A DNA stretch of 64,000 bases from Podarcis vaucheri. Its lineage: Eukaryota. Below are positions 13,243-27,135 of the stretch, in pieces. The position numbers and the translations under genes are program-made. The stretch lies in assembly GCA_965113315.1 (NCBI GenBank), contig OZ220369.1, one strand, 5' to 3'. Under the pieces are notes generated by a model. It had not been told where the DNA came from, ran no database searches, and saw only the letters and a program-made list of their open reading frames with translations. Position 1 is the first letter of the stretch; each line of letters opens with the position of its first letter.

Positions 13243-14758
13243 ACTTTGAACAGTTGTGGCATCCTCTAAAGAATTCTGGGAGCTGTAGTTTTTTAAGGGT
13301 TCTGAGGGTTGCTCAGAGACACCTAGCAACTCTCAGTACCCTCAATGAATGACATCTCCCAGAATTCTTTGGGGGAAGCCATGACGGTTCAAAGTAGTAT
13401 CATAGTACTTTAAATTGATGGTGTGAATTTGGCCTAAGTTGCGTAAGTTGGTTTGGTAATTGCAAAGAGCAACAAAACCGAGTACTCAAGCAGCTCTAAC
13501 ACTCCTGGAAAAGTCTCAAACATTTACATAAATATTCCAAAAGAGGGCCAGCCTAATTAAACAACCTCTCTCTTCCTTATCATTCCTTCTTATGCCCATC
13601 GATTTTCTTTTCTTCTCACTCCTACAGATTACACATGAATGTCCCCTGCATACAAAATTACATCCTGGGTCAGATTAATTAAACTCCCTGTTGTGGCCAG
13701 TTGATATTTTATAAATTGTTGTTTATCGGGGTTCTCTTTCTTCCTCCTTTCTTGCTACTTCTACAAACAAAACATTTTTTTATAGCTATAAAAAGAGAGA
13801 CCACCACCAAAAAGAGGCCTGTGGCCTTGTATGGAGGTGGGGGAAACACCCCACATGAAATACCCAAATACCTTTTGTCTTTCGAACCGGCTGGAATTTT
13901 GAGCCGTTTGGGGTTCTGAGCTTTTTCTGGCATTATCAGGTTAGAACAGGACAAACACATGAATGCCTGACATCAGCACTAAACCCAGCAGGACGTGTTA
14001 CTTTTTCATTAGAATCTTTGAGCTTGAGATCAGACACAGGGAAAGATTAAAACAAATATGAATTTAATCAAGGGATTCTACTTTCCTGGTGTGGGAACAG
14101 GAACACGCTGACATAAATAGAGGGCCGAGCACCAGGGCATCTAAACCATATCAAAGGCGGCTTGCTTACCACTAACTGCTCAGATGATCCATATCATAAC
14201 AACAAAAAAGAAAAACAATTATTTATTCTTTTTGATGTTTGTGGCTCAGAAGTAACTTCCTTTTTGAAGAGTGCAAGGTCAAAGCCAAGTTATTGTGTGT
14301 TTCTTTTTCTAGGTTTTCCCCCCCTACTTCTTCTTCTTCTCCTCTCTTTTCTTTCGCATGAAACTTTGTCAGCGAGGGGCTGAAAGTTATTAGATTGTAT
14401 GACCTACATTTGGGATCTGTGCATGGAAGCAAAGAGACGCTGGCTTCTTTTGTGGGTAAAATAACTGGGGGGAGGGGGTTGGGAAGGTGTTAATTGTTAA
14501 AAAGTAAAAAAGAGGGCTGCAAATTACATCCTTATGGAAAATGAGATGATTAAAAAAGAGAGAGGAAAAAGAGAACAGGGGAGTATATGTTCCGAAATGT
14601 AGAAGTCCATAGCCCATCCCTTTCCCCTGAAACATACTGGTGAAGCAATGGGAAGCCAAACCATCGTTTGACCATCTGGGCCCTTTCCTCATGCTCCCAT
14701 TCTCAAACCTCCCTCTCTGTCCTTCCAAGGGTGTTCTGACAGTTCCCTGGACTTCCTG

Positions 14759-15104
14759 TGTCATGGGTTGCCTGGATGCAGAAGACTGGTGGGAGGCTGG
14801 GGAACCTCTTGCTGTGACTAGCTCCCCTACCCCTTGGTCTCCCAGAACACAGAGAGAAATGAAGAGGGCGGAGTAAAGAGAGACAAAACGAAGCAGCCTT
14901 AGGCTGCTGGGGAAGGAACAGCAGGAGGAGCCTTAGAGAGCAGTGAGGAGGCAGGGACCTCCAGTCCTTGAAACTCCTTCCCTGATGCAAGATCTATTGG
15001 GAAGAACTGCTGTGATCACTAAGCCTGCACTATTTTGTTTTCTTTGAATAAAGAGTTGACTTCACAGACGCAACGGGCGTTTTATCGCTGACCTGCTCCT
15101 GACA
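14759..15104 (+). mobile_element. Solo LTR (346 bp), Gypsy-type
   Basis: TGTCA...TGACA termini; perfect 5-bp TSD TCCTG (14754-14758 and 15105-15109); AATAAA at 15047-15052. Confidence 0.85.
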
Positions 15105-17779
15105 TCCTGGTTTGCAACAAACCATAAGCTGTCTTCAGGCATTTCTCCTCTGCACTAACGCTTGAGGCAGGGGAGAGGAGCATGTTAGCTCCCACCCATC
15201 AACCATCTCGGAGCCCTGTGGAACTTATGAAGAGCCCTGCTGGGCCACACCAAAGGCCTATCTAGCCCAGCGTCCTGTTCTCACCGTGGCCAACACAGCA
15301 GGGAGCAAGCAGGACCCAAGCACAAGAGCCCTCTCCTCTCCTGTGGTTTCCAGCAACTGGTATTCAGAAGCATGCCGCCTCCAACAATGCAGGTAGAACA
15401 TTGTCATTGTGGCTAGCAGCCATGGACATCCTTATATTGCTACAGGGAGCCTACACCGGCTTTTCTCAATGTTGCCCTGCAGATGTTTGGCCTACAACTG
15501 ATTTTGTAAGCTGCTGTGACAGACAGATGCTTTGCCTTAGAGAAGCAAGCTCATAGCAGTATCAGGTAGCCTGGCCACTGGTCAGGGATGATGGGAGTTG
15601 TATTGTCCAAGACAGATGGAGGGCTTCAGTTTGAGGAAGGCTGGTCAACACAAATACAGAGAGTTGTAGAAAGTTGACCTCCAGTTCATGAATGTCAACT
15701 GTCCCAGCTCGATGGGACAGTAGAGGAAGCAGGTTTGTCCATATTCCCTCTCTCCCAGCATGTTGATTTGACACAAAAGACAAGTGCCTGGGTAGAGCAA
15801 TAGTTTGGCATTACATCTCAGCTGAGAACGCTATGTTTCTCAGGCAAGATATTGTTTGTTTGAAGGTGAGAACTGTGAAGCACAGACCAATTCTACTTTG
15901 TAGCAAACAATATTTCCCCCCAAACTGGGTGTCAGAAAACCCTATGGTTTGCTGTGAACCAGGTCTGATAGATAGACTGTTGTAGCATGCAAGGGAAGGA
16001 GACTGTGTGAGCCCAAGACCTGCTCCTTTTGGTCAAACCATGGTTTGGTGATTTATCCATAATGGCTCAGTTTGGATGTTAATGATTATTTTTAAGTGAG
16101 CTCCAGTGACACTACACACATTCTTTATCAAGGTCCCAGGACCCGAAAAAACAATTTCAAAAGTACAGAATACGGAAAAGACATTACTAGGCAGTCACTG
16201 TGTTTTATGCAAGACATATGGATTTTTAATTCTTACTACCTCCAAGAGAAAATTTTGCCATGGCTAGGGTTATTTATTTTTTTTACCTTCAAGGAGGTAC
16301 TTGAGATGAAAGATAACAGAGTTTCCAGGTAAATTTACCAATAAGGGCTTAATTCATTGGTTCCAGGAACCAGTGACATTGGTTTACATGGTCCTTGCCC
16401 AAAGACAGTGCCAGTACATGTTTTTGTCCCAACTTCTTGGTAGCTGAAGCACACCTATGAATTAAAATGCAGAAAACCCTTCATTTTTATATACAACAAG
16501 ATTAACTTGTCACCACAGTGCCAGAGTGACTGCCGGTGGTGGCTCAGACCAGCCATGACCCTGGGCTCATATTTGTCTTCTCCAGGGGATGAGACTGAGG
16601 AGTCAGGAGAAGAGGTGAACCCAGGACCAGCCCCAGAAATATGTCTATAAGATGCTCCTCTGGATCAAGGATGTTGCATTGTCATCCTTTGTCTCAGAAG
16701 ACTCTGTTTGGGGGGGGGGGCTTTACAACCAGAATCTGGCTCTATTTTGTCAGCTCCAACGCCCCTGGCTCAACTCCTGGCCTCTGGCTGAACCTTGGCA
16801 ATGTGCTAGCCATTTCCAGGATATAGCCCTGGGATGTGGGAAATGGCTTCTTTGTGCAAAACTGGCTGCCAGTCACCTCATCCTGCACAACTGGAAGGAC
16901 AGAACATCCTACCCATTCCAAGATCCAGCACACTTATCCATGTGTTCCACCTAGGAACAGAGCGAATTTTAAAAGCAGCTCCAGAAAGATACCTACTATG
17001 CTACCCCATACTACAAAGGTAGGGAACCTCAGGCCTGAGGGTCAAATGGGGCCTTTCTATTTGACCCTAGGGAATCTCCTTGTCTCATATCCCTATTTCC
17101 CAGGCCGGGCCCCTCACCAGTCGTGCTTTGTGCCACCCCATAAGGTCTCTCCCAGCCTTATATGGAGACGCCAGGGACTGAACCTGGGACGCTCTCCCAC
17201 TGAGACACAAACTTTCCCTGAATTTTGTTTCTATCAGGAAGTGAAGGATAGCCTCCCCTTCAGATCCTGAAGAGCAGGCAGCAGGGAAGGCGACAGGACC
17301 TGCGCAGTCCGACAGAGCCCAACGGTGCTGATGCCTACCCTGGGTCTCTAGGCTGAGGTGTGGAAAGCAGTTTAAATTCTCCCATGTTGCCCTGGAGCAA
17401 CGCTATGTCAGCTGCTCCAGGGCACTGTGGGAAATTTAAAATGGCAGCCATTCAGTACCAATCGGAGGAGCTGCCCCTGCTCCGCCCCATACCCCAAACC
17501 GATCTTGCAAATTGCGATGGAATCACTACGGCTCCTGCTATGGTCAGTCAGTCACTTTGTTATCTCCTGCAGCCAAAGACATTTGCAAAAAGATACATTC
17601 TCCCCCCCCCCTCCCCAAGGGATATGAAAAGGATTCAAAATATAAGATGAACATTCCAAAGATTATTTATCACGGTCTTTTGTTATCACCAGAGCAAAGC
17701 ATATTAATAGCCATACAGTGCCAGGTCCAGGGGTTTTTTTTTGGGGGGGGGGACTCCGGGGAAGTCACACAGCCTGACC

Positions 17780-18156
17780 CAGGGGTCAGCCAACTTTTTC
17801 AGCAGGGGACCGGTCCACTGTCCCTCAGATCTTGTGGTGGGTCGGACTATATTGGGGGGGGGCATGAAAGAATTCCTATGCCCCACAAATAACCCAGAGA
17901 TGCATTTTAAATAAAAGGTTACTGTCAGGGAACTGCCATCAGTACTGGAGAGGGAGAGCGAAAGCCAGAGGGATTCCAGAGAGTGTCCAGGGATTGGGAG
18001 GAGCAGCCTAGGCGACTGGGGCCTTTTGAGGTAATACAGCAGGCCAACCCAGTTCTACTCTTTTAAAAACACGCTGATTCCCAGAATGTCCGCAGGCCAG
18101 ATTTAGAAGGCAATTGGGCCAGATCCGGCCCCCGAACCTTAGTTTGCCTACCCATG
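17780..18156. mobile_element. hAT-type MITE carrying a nested LTR fragment (17923 to about 18052)
   Basis: CAGGGGT...ACCCATG termini; 8-bp TSD gcctgacc/gcctgatc; homologous to 24668-24918 apart from the insert. Confidence 0.75.
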
Positions 18157-18444
18157 GCCTGATCCCGCTCTCTTGAGGAATTTGCTTCCTCACCACCATA
18201 ATTACCATCCTCATTTTCCTCACTATTTCCACCTGCTCCCTTGCCAATGAACAAGCAAGCAGTGGCATCTATTGTGCCTCCTCCATCTCTCTGGAACTGT
18301 TGCCCTGGATCAGAATGAGAGTCAAGCAGGCAGGGTGCAACACTGAAGAGCAGGGGCTCTTGTCAACAGGCCCCCTGGAGGGTTGTGGCCCCCTCAGCAC
18401 ATTCCTGACCCTGCCAGTTCCTGATGCTGGCCCTGGATCTTGGC

Positions 18445-18731
18445 CAACTTCAAATATCTGAAGGGTTGGCCTATTGAAGATGGAGCAAGCTTGTATTCTG
18501 CTGCACCAGAGGTAGGAGCTGAACCAATGGAACAAGGAAGGATATTCCAACTAAACATGAGGAAGAACTATCTGATGGTAAGAGCTGTTTGGCAGTGGAA
18601 CAGACTCCCTCAGAAGGTGGTGGACTCTCCTTCATTGGCGTTTGGGTGGCCATCTGTCAGGGATTATTTAGCTGTGATTACTGCATGGTGGGGAACTGGA
18701 CCAGATGACCCTTAGGGTCCCTTCCAACTCT
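18445..18731 (+). mobile_element. CR1 LINE 3' fragment
   Basis: FKYLKG...NYLMVRAVWQWNRLPQKVVDSPSL remnant and CR1 tail gatgacccttagggtcccttccaactct. Confidence 0.85.
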
Positions 18732-20268
18732 GCACCCCTTGAAGAGATGACAGCTTCCTCTGCCAACCCTCCTAAGTCAAAATCCAATGTCTCTTTCATC
18801 ATGTGAAGAGGACCATTGCAGACACCAGGACAACTGGTATCTTTACTCCTGAATGCCTACAATGGGCTGCTGGGTTCTGGAAGCTTCCAAACAGCCATTA
18901 AGCTCTTAGCTCAACCAGACACAACCAAAATGTTAAGCTCACATGGGGGCAACCAGTATTTAGTGTGCCATTAAATGCGGTCTAAAGGTCAACCAGTCTC
19001 CAGTTTCTCATTTCAGCTCGTGTTCACTGCTCAAAACACATTGCAAGTATTTATTTGTGCAAGGAGGATGAACTTAGGCATTTTAAGGAGGCAAAACCCC
19101 CCAAACAACTGCAATATCAGCCAGCCCTTTATCTGTAGAAGAAAGGTGTACTTCTTCAGATCGAGTGCCACATCGAATAAACACAACTGTCGTCAAATGT
19201 CATGAACATCTGAGGACGACATCGTTCAGTGTGGCAATGCAGACAGACTAAGGAAAGAGGTTCTTAAAAAAACAAAAACAACAACCCAAAACAGTCCATA
19301 ACAACCCCTAAAATCAAAACCAAGACCTCATTATTAACATTGCCGCTGGCAAGGTGAGTGGAGAACACAACCTCTTCCTTCTTTCCTTTACATGCACACT
19401 GGTAATTATGCAAGGGACACTGTCTTAAGATGATTTTAAAAAGAGGTGCTTTCATTGTTTTTCACTTCATACAAGGTTAAGGGTTCTTTGGGTCAAAATA
19501 TTCTGCCTCAGCATCTCTTCGCTGTATCAGTCCTTTTTCTTTCCGGGGTGGGGTGGGGATGGGGGGGAAGAGTGGGGGCTGGAAACACCCAGAGCCATAA
19601 TTTGTCTTAGAATTCCTTTTGAAACGCTACAAGAAAGACTAACCACTGCTCTTTTCCCTCTGTTTCTTATTCCCGCAATCCCTTTATCTGGCTTTCATTT
19701 CCAGGCTCGCTTGGCCTCTTTTGTAGGAGAGACTTCAGGGAGCCCAAGTCACTTTCGCAGCCCCTGTGATGTTCGGGAAGATTAAAAAGCGGCTTTGAAG
19801 CTTTAACAGCACTCTGTAAGCCCCGTTGGTACAGGACCTCAGAAAGACCCAAGCCATCTGGCAAACTGACATAAAGACGACGCAAAGTGATTGAAACAGT
19901 TTCTTCAAAGCGACAATGGCCGGCTGGCAGGTTTGTTGATTTGGGGTTTTTTTTGTCTTTTATGTGTCACCCTCAAAAAAAAAAAAGTTGCAAGAACACC
20001 TAGGCAATCGCAGAGAGAGAGAGAGACAGAGAGAAACGATTGGTGCAATCTGCTTCCACAAGTTTCTATTACCAGAAGCAAAAGAGGGTACTCGGGGAAG
20101 TCACTGAAAGCAATCCGGTGAAACACTAATGAATTTAACCTGAGGCGGTCTGTTTGGTAATTATATAATTAAACACTTCATTTGGAATTTCTAAAGCTTT
20201 TGCAGGGAAGAACAGCACTTCCTATTTACTGAATCCGGTTTTGACAGCTTAAGCTGGCGCGCATGCAT

Positions 20269-20275
20269 ACACACA

Positions 20276-20310
<35 letters not shown>

Positions 20311-20311
20311 G
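20269..20311. repeat. Compound (AC)n(AG)n microsatellite
   Basis: Seen directly. Confidence 0.9.
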
Positions 20312-22586
20312 AAGGGGGGACATGTACAGGGGGGCAGAAAGGGAAGTTGTTTCATCTGAGGACAAAATGATTTGGAAGATAAGAAGCCGTCACTGTGCGC
20401 CTAATTGCAATTGTCTCGTTTTAATAACTGGCGACATAAATATCTCCAATCAGAACATTTCCTCGCAATGTCAGAATACAATGATTGATACGTTTAAAGA
20501 AGAAGGAGAAGAAAGGAGGGAGAGGGGGAGAGAGGGAGAGATGCTCTGATCTGCGACTACATGAAACGCGTTTGTTGTTTTTCCCTGGGTGATGTCAAAC
20601 ATTCCTAGGGAGAGAAAAGATATTAAAAAGACGAATTTACATATTATTGATACTGTCAATCTTTGTTACTGGGCTCTAATGCGCTAGTAACGGAATGAGA
20701 GATGTAAACGAGACGTGTCTATGCCACTGGGGAAGCACCACGGAGATGGCAGGTTTGGGAGGACAGTTGAACTCAGCCGGATTTCCACCAGATCAGATGT
20801 GGCTTGCAGTGGAAGCTTCCCTGAACTCTTGCAAATCTCCAAAACTGCAGTCTTACGAAGCCAGGAAAAACAAACGTCAACCCATTCACCCAACTACCCC
20901 AGTAATCCTGGCCATGGCTGCTATAGTAATCTATACGATGAACAGTTTAAAACAGGTGTAACCATTTTGCTGTGCTCCTGAGGTCACCTTTTGGAGTGGC
21001 AGGTGAGGCCTAGGGATGGTTGAATCTGTCCATTTCAGTTTCTTATTTCTCCAGTCTTAAATTCATGTCTCCACATTTCCACATCAGCTTTTTTTAAAAA
21101 AAAGTCCTCATGAAAATTCGTCAGTATTTTAGTGCGAATTTCTCCTAATATACACATTTTTGCAAAGCAAATTCCCCTAAATCGTGTATGTTATTTTTAC
21201 TAGCATCTGCATTTATCTGCATACTTTAGTATATTGGGCGGTGTGCAGTTAAGATTTACTCAGAGTAGTCCCCTTAAAAATAATGAGCATGAGAAAGTTA
21301 AATCTGTTAATTTCAGTGGGTCTGAGTAAAACTTAGCTGCATACCACCCGGTGTCCTTTCATATAGTCTCGGCTGCAGAACTGCATTGCAAAATCTAGAG
21401 AAGTGCAAATTTCAAAGGATTTCTGTGTTTTGGTTTGCATATTGTAACAGTATTCCCTCTGTGTACTTCAGTAAGTGGGAATTGGGTAGGTTTGCCTTCA
21501 AATGCAAACTGAATCTAGTTTCTCGTCTTTACCTAAGGAGGCCATCACTGCCCCCTCTCATTCTGCCACTCCCTTTATATCTCTGTGGTCCTCTTCTTTC
21601 CCACCCAAAAACCTGCCAGGGGAGAGACAGACCACTCTGGCCAGATAGGAAGTTAGGGAGCTGCATTATGCTGAGGTCTTTCTAGGCCAGTGGTGCCATC
21701 CACCCCATTAAGCCTCAAAGCTTGATCCTGAAAACAAACAGCTCATCTTCAGTGTGAAGACTCTCCCTAAGCACCTGGGTTTAGCAATCAATCCCTCTTC
21801 CCAGGGAACTCTGGGAATGGTAACTCTGTGAGGCAAATGGGGGGGGTCTCCTAACAACTCTCAGCTCCTTTAATAAATTTCAGCTCCCAGAATTCTTTGG
21901 GGGAAGCCTTGCCTGTTTCAAATGGTATCATAGTGCTTTAAATTTATGGTGTGATTGTGGTAATTGCCTCAACGCCTAACGCGCCTTCTTGGCTCTCTTT
22001 TCGGAAGGCATGGTGAACAAAATTATTGGTGCAATTCTAGTCCAAAGCAATGGTACTGGGCAAGAAAGTGGGCACTCCTGCGAATAGACTGAGGTTACTC
22101 ACACCGACAGGTCTGCTGGAGGATCCTTGGGGATTACGTCTGCCAGCCCGATTCACTGGCCAAGTCAAGCTTGCATGCCTCCTCAGTTGTCAGGTCTACC
22201 ACACCCTCAGTGGGCAGAGCTGGGGCTAACTCCATCAATTCTCTCCACCACTGGGAGGTCAGGCTGTGTTGTGGTCAGGATGTTGCTCGACAGTCTCATT
22301 AGTCTCATCCCAATTCTCCACCTCCTCTGACCAATCTTGCCAAGAGGTTTTCATGGGGCTCATGACAAATAGCTACACTGATGTATGAAATTTCATGGGA
22401 CTCCAAACTGCACCTAGTAAAAGGCAATAAACCTGTACATCTTGTGAAGACTTGTGTTTTGTTTTTTTTTTTGTTTTTTTGACCCAAGAGATCAGACCCT
22501 TTTGGTGCATGAATCCCCTTGATCTCTTTTATTTGCCTTTCCATGCTTTTATATGCTTTTATACTGTTGTTTTATACTGTTTATTA

Positions 22587-22807
22587 CAGTCATACCTCGG
22601 GTTACAGACACTTCAGGTTGTGTTTTTTCAGGTTACAGACTGCCAAAACCCGGAGTTACTGGAACGGGTTACTTCTGGGTTTCGGCGGTCGCGCATGTGC
22701 AGAAGCGCCAAATCGCAACCTGCGCGTGCACAGATGTGGGTTGCGAATGCTGCAGGTTGCGAACGTGCATCCCATACGGATCACGTTCGCAACCTGAATG
22801 TCCACTG
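22587..22807. mobile_element. Tc1/mariner MITE
   Basis: TA-CAGTCATACCTCGGG ... GTCCACTG; reverse complement of 12270-12458. Confidence 0.82.
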
Positions 22808-24667
22808 CTTCAGCTTATATTTTTGCTTCACTGGACCTTGTTTTCATATTGTACATAGTGTACGCCACTCTGAGATTTTTGAAATATAAAGAAGTCCAGA
22901 AATACTTTCAAATAAATAATAAAGGACACGGTTAGGACTTGCCACGTAACGGCGATAATATAATTCTGTGGGTGAGAAATCTTTAGTTTGAACCTTTCCC
23001 CTCCTACAACAGAACACAGTTGCAATGCGCTAAGGGAGGAGGGGAGAAAATGTTCTGTCGCTTTCCGTGTCAAAGCGAGGGGAGAAATATTAAGCGTGGA
23101 GTTGCGATCATTATGATGAGGTGCTGGAGAGGTTTCCTCTCTCATTTCCTCTCTCCCCGTTGCTTTCATTCCTTGCACTCCTCTGATCTTGATATCGCTA
23201 GCAAAGCCGCCTCTCTCCCTGCCCTTTCCTGCTCTGGACTGCCCTCCTAGTCCTGCAAATCAACACAACTAAGCTGAGAGTTTGTCAGAGAGTCCTTTGC
23301 TAGAGAGCAGTGCTCTTACCCATCCTTCCTCCACCTCCGCCACCCGCCCTCCCCAGACTGCAAAATACCTTGTTATAGCAAGACCTTTGTCATGAAAACT
23401 GGAGAAACTGCCTTCTGTCTCTCTGGTGGGCATGGAAATAGGCACAGCAGAAGCTGATCAAAAGAGGCAACTTGAGGGAGGAAAGCAGATTCTTCTTAAA
23501 AACAACAACAGCCATTGCCCCATACTTCCTTCTTGCAAAATAGCCACAATGCACAGTCTGTTTATCACAGCTTACTGTGCTATGTTATGTGTGCCTAGTT
23601 CCATGCTGGGCAACTTGGGCTAACATGCCTGCCAACTGCAGCTGCTGGGGGACCGCTGGGATCCAGAAGTTGCTCTAGGGAGGAGAGCTGAAGAGTCAAG
23701 TCAAGAGTCAGAGTAAGGCCACATTCACACCACATGCTTAAAGCAGCATTATGCCACCTTAAGCAGTCATGGCTCCCCGCAAAGAATCCTGGGAACTGTA
23801 GTTTGTTAAGGCTGCTGAGAGTTGTTACGAGACCCTCCTCTCACAGAGCTACAATTCCCAGAGAGGTTTAGCGGTTAATCCTTCTTTACAGGGAACTCCC
23901 TGATGTGAGGTCAGAAAGATCCAGGTATCAGAAAGCTTCCAGTGAATGGAAAATAGGGCACCTCTGTTCTAAATATGCATTGCAAATATTTGTAAATACA
24001 TCGCAGTTGTGCATTGTATATTGGTATTACAGGCAACAACCGATTAATGTGTGCCTGAAAGGTGTGAGACTGCGCGCACACGCATGGCGCAAACTCAGAA
24101 ATGACCTGAAACGATAAATCAACACATCACTAAAAGGGCGTAACAGGGTGGGGAATGCTTATAAGCGCTCCACCAACACATACAGGGGCTGGAAACAGAA
24201 ATGGCCATCCACTGTATATAAAATAAACTCTATACCAAGATGGGAAGCTGCATGGTGACAGAGTGCTATCTGAGATGGTTAAGAAGGTGAAATCACCCTG
24301 CGAGCCATTTTAAAAGCTTGGTTCCAGGTTGTATATGTCAGGGGGTAAATAGATGCATGGCATTCCTATGGTGGAGAGGAGCTTCATCCCTGAAAATAAT
24401 TATTTCAAAAATGGCTTAAGGGTCATAAGTAACAAACTTAAAGCCCCAAAAGGTTAACAATTATTTGTGGATCTACAAACAATGAGGAAGGGTAATAAAA
24501 AGGAACAGAGAAGAAGAGATTTCTGGGCAGATTGCAGAGATTGCTTGTAGAATTTATAGAGGATCCAGGGTGTCATTGGGAAAGGGGAGTATCTGTTTTG
24601 CAAGCAGAAGGTCCCAATTTCCATCTCCAGGCCAGGCTCTGAGAGACCCCTGTCTCAAACTCTAGAG

Positions 24668-24918
24668 CAGGGGTCAGCAACCTTTTTCAGCTGTGGGCCG
24701 GTCCACCGTCCCTCAGACCGTGTGGTGGGCCAGACTATATTTTGAAAAAAAGATGTGAACGAATTCCTATGCCCAACAAATAACCCAGAGATGCACTTTA
24801 AATAAAAGCACACATTCTACTCATGTAAAAACATGCTGATTCCTGGACCATCTGTGGGCCGGACTGAGAAGGCGATTGGGCCGCATCTGGCCCCCGGGCC
24901 TTAGGTTGCCTACCCCTG
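24668..24918. mobile_element. hAT (Charlie-like) MITE
   Basis: TIR CAGGGGTCAGCAACC / GGTTGCCTACCCCTG; 8-bp TSD ctctagag/ccctagag; inserted in an older repeat. Confidence 0.8.
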
Positions 24919-25514
24919 CCCTAGAGAGCCATTGCTAGTCAGTGCAAACAGTACTGGGCTTAGATGGACCAATGCTCTGAATTGGTGCAAGGTAGCTTCC
25001 TATGTAATCCTGGAATGAAGATCTGCCAGCTGAGGGGCTTTAGGATTCTGCCCCATTGCATAGGCAGAACAGCAGATACACCCATGCAGTGGGAAACGTG
25101 CTGCAGAACGACCCAAACATGCCAACCAAATGGCTGAAATGGGGGGGGCAGAGTTGCATGCAAGACATGGGCCCAAGAACACTCAGTGAGACCATGGCAC
25201 CATCTAGCTCAGTATAGTCTACACTGACTGGCAGCAGCACTCCGGGATTTCAGCACCCATCTCTCCCACCCCTTCCTGGGGATCGAACCTTCTGCATGTG
25301 AAGTGTGTGCTCTACCACTGACCCACAATCCTTCCTCACATGTGTCCCATCCCAGATTGTAAGTCCTTTGTGGCAGAGACCTGTTTTCCTTTACTTTGGA
25401 AGAGTGTCATGCAATTTCATCATGCTGCATAAACAAAAGAAATAACAGTACTGTACAGCAAAGAAGGCATTTCAGACAAAACAACGCCCTTCATGAAACT
25501 GCATGGGTCTCCAC

Positions 25515-25516
<2 letters not shown>

Positions 25517-25549
<33 letters not shown>
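25517..25549. repeat. (CA)n microsatellite
   Basis: Seen directly. Confidence 0.95.
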
Positions 25550-25551
<2 letters not shown>

Positions 25552-26507
25552 CAACAGTTGAAATTAATCTGTGTGGTGTGTTCAGAGCTATTTCCAGGGC
25601 CTGGAGCATCTGTGGCAATTAATCCCCTCTAAAAGAAACTGACGCTCAAAGGAATTCACACTGCGGCGAAGTCTTACACATGTTACAATGTCAACTATGA
25701 ATTTCCAAAGCTCAGATTCTTCGCTGCTTTCTGGTATGTAAACCAACCAAAGACTGCATGACTGTCTTCCACACTAGTGCAATGATGATGCGTCTAAGTT
25801 TTTGACAGATTATCTCTTTGGGCTTCTACATACCATTAGTGAATGTATGTTTAACCCTATTTTAGCCTGCATGCAAAAGTCTGCCAGGCCCCCATTGAAA
25901 ATTTATAGTAAACACAGGTCCTGCTTTCTCAATACAATGCGTTCCCAGAAAATCATTCATTAGGTGAGCTGACAATTTCTATTATTTCCTATGGAAACAT
26001 TTCTAATCTATGATTTGCCTGATTTTCCCCTCTCTGTCTGCACGGTTTCTGCCCCAAACTGCTACAGCCAACAGGCAAAAGAAAGGAAAAACCAATTTGC
26101 CCAATTTCTCCTATTCCCTGATTTGGCTGATCTGCCTGAAATGGCTGCCATTGACCAGCACAGCAAGTAAGGAAATGGGCAAACTCCAGCTGTTCGGATA
26201 TCTGAATCAGCCATTCATGTAGAAAGGTTTGGGAATAATTATTTGTGCTTGGATAACTGAAATTTCACATAACAAGTGCTCTGATAGTGGGACCTGTGTA
26301 CAATATCCAGACCACAAGGCTTAGCTGTCATGTAAGCTATGGGTTGTTTAAGAACTATGGCTTGTTTCTCCAAAGTTTGTCTTGTTTTGCAGCTGTTCTT
26401 GCCTTATGAAGACTGTGATTTGGTGAGAGTCTGGGAGGGGGTGGTCAACAAACCATGGTTAAGGAAGCATGCTGGGTTCACACATAACATCAAGCTATAG
26501 TTAAAAC

Positions 26508-26872
26508 GAGGGACGCGGGTGGCGCTGTGGGTAAAACCTCAGCACCTAGGACTTGCTGATCGCATGGTCGGCAGTTCGAATCCCCACAGCGGGGTGAGCT
26601 CCTGTCGTTCGGTCCCAGCTCCTGCCCACCTAGCAATTCGAAAGCACCCTTAAGTGCAAGTAGATAAATAGGTAGCGCTTTATAGCGGGAAGGTAAACGG
26701 CGTTTCCGTGTGCTGCTCTGGTGCCGGTTCGCTGGAGCAGCTTTGTCACACTGGCCACGTGACCTGGAAGTGTCTGCGGACAGCGCTGGCTCCCGGCCTC
26801 TAGAGTGAGATGAGCGCACAACCCTAGAGACTGTCAAGACTGGCCCGTACGGGCAGGGGTACCTTTACCTTT
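26508..26872 (+). mobile_element. Sauria SINE, full length
   Basis: tRNA-like head (tggcgctgtggg...gttcgaatccc); (ACCTTT)n tail; 12-bp TSD TATAGTTAAAAC. Confidence 0.9.
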
Positions 26873-27065
26873 TATAGTTAAAACAAACCAAAGTTCACAA
26901 ACCAACAACAATACATTGTCACCAGTAAACAAACCATAGTTAAGCTTCAAAGTTCACACAGAATGCTAAGCCATGGTTTAATAACCCATAAACAACGGTT
27001 TAGCATTATGTGATTACCAGGCACACAGGTGTGGGTTTTTTTTAGAGGTGCTAAGCAGCTTTGCC

Positions 27066-27067
27066 GT

Positions 27068-27130
<63 letters not shown>
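27066..27130. repeat. Compound (TG)n(AG)n microsatellite
   Basis: Seen directly. Confidence 0.95.
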
Positions 27131-27135
<5 letters not shown>

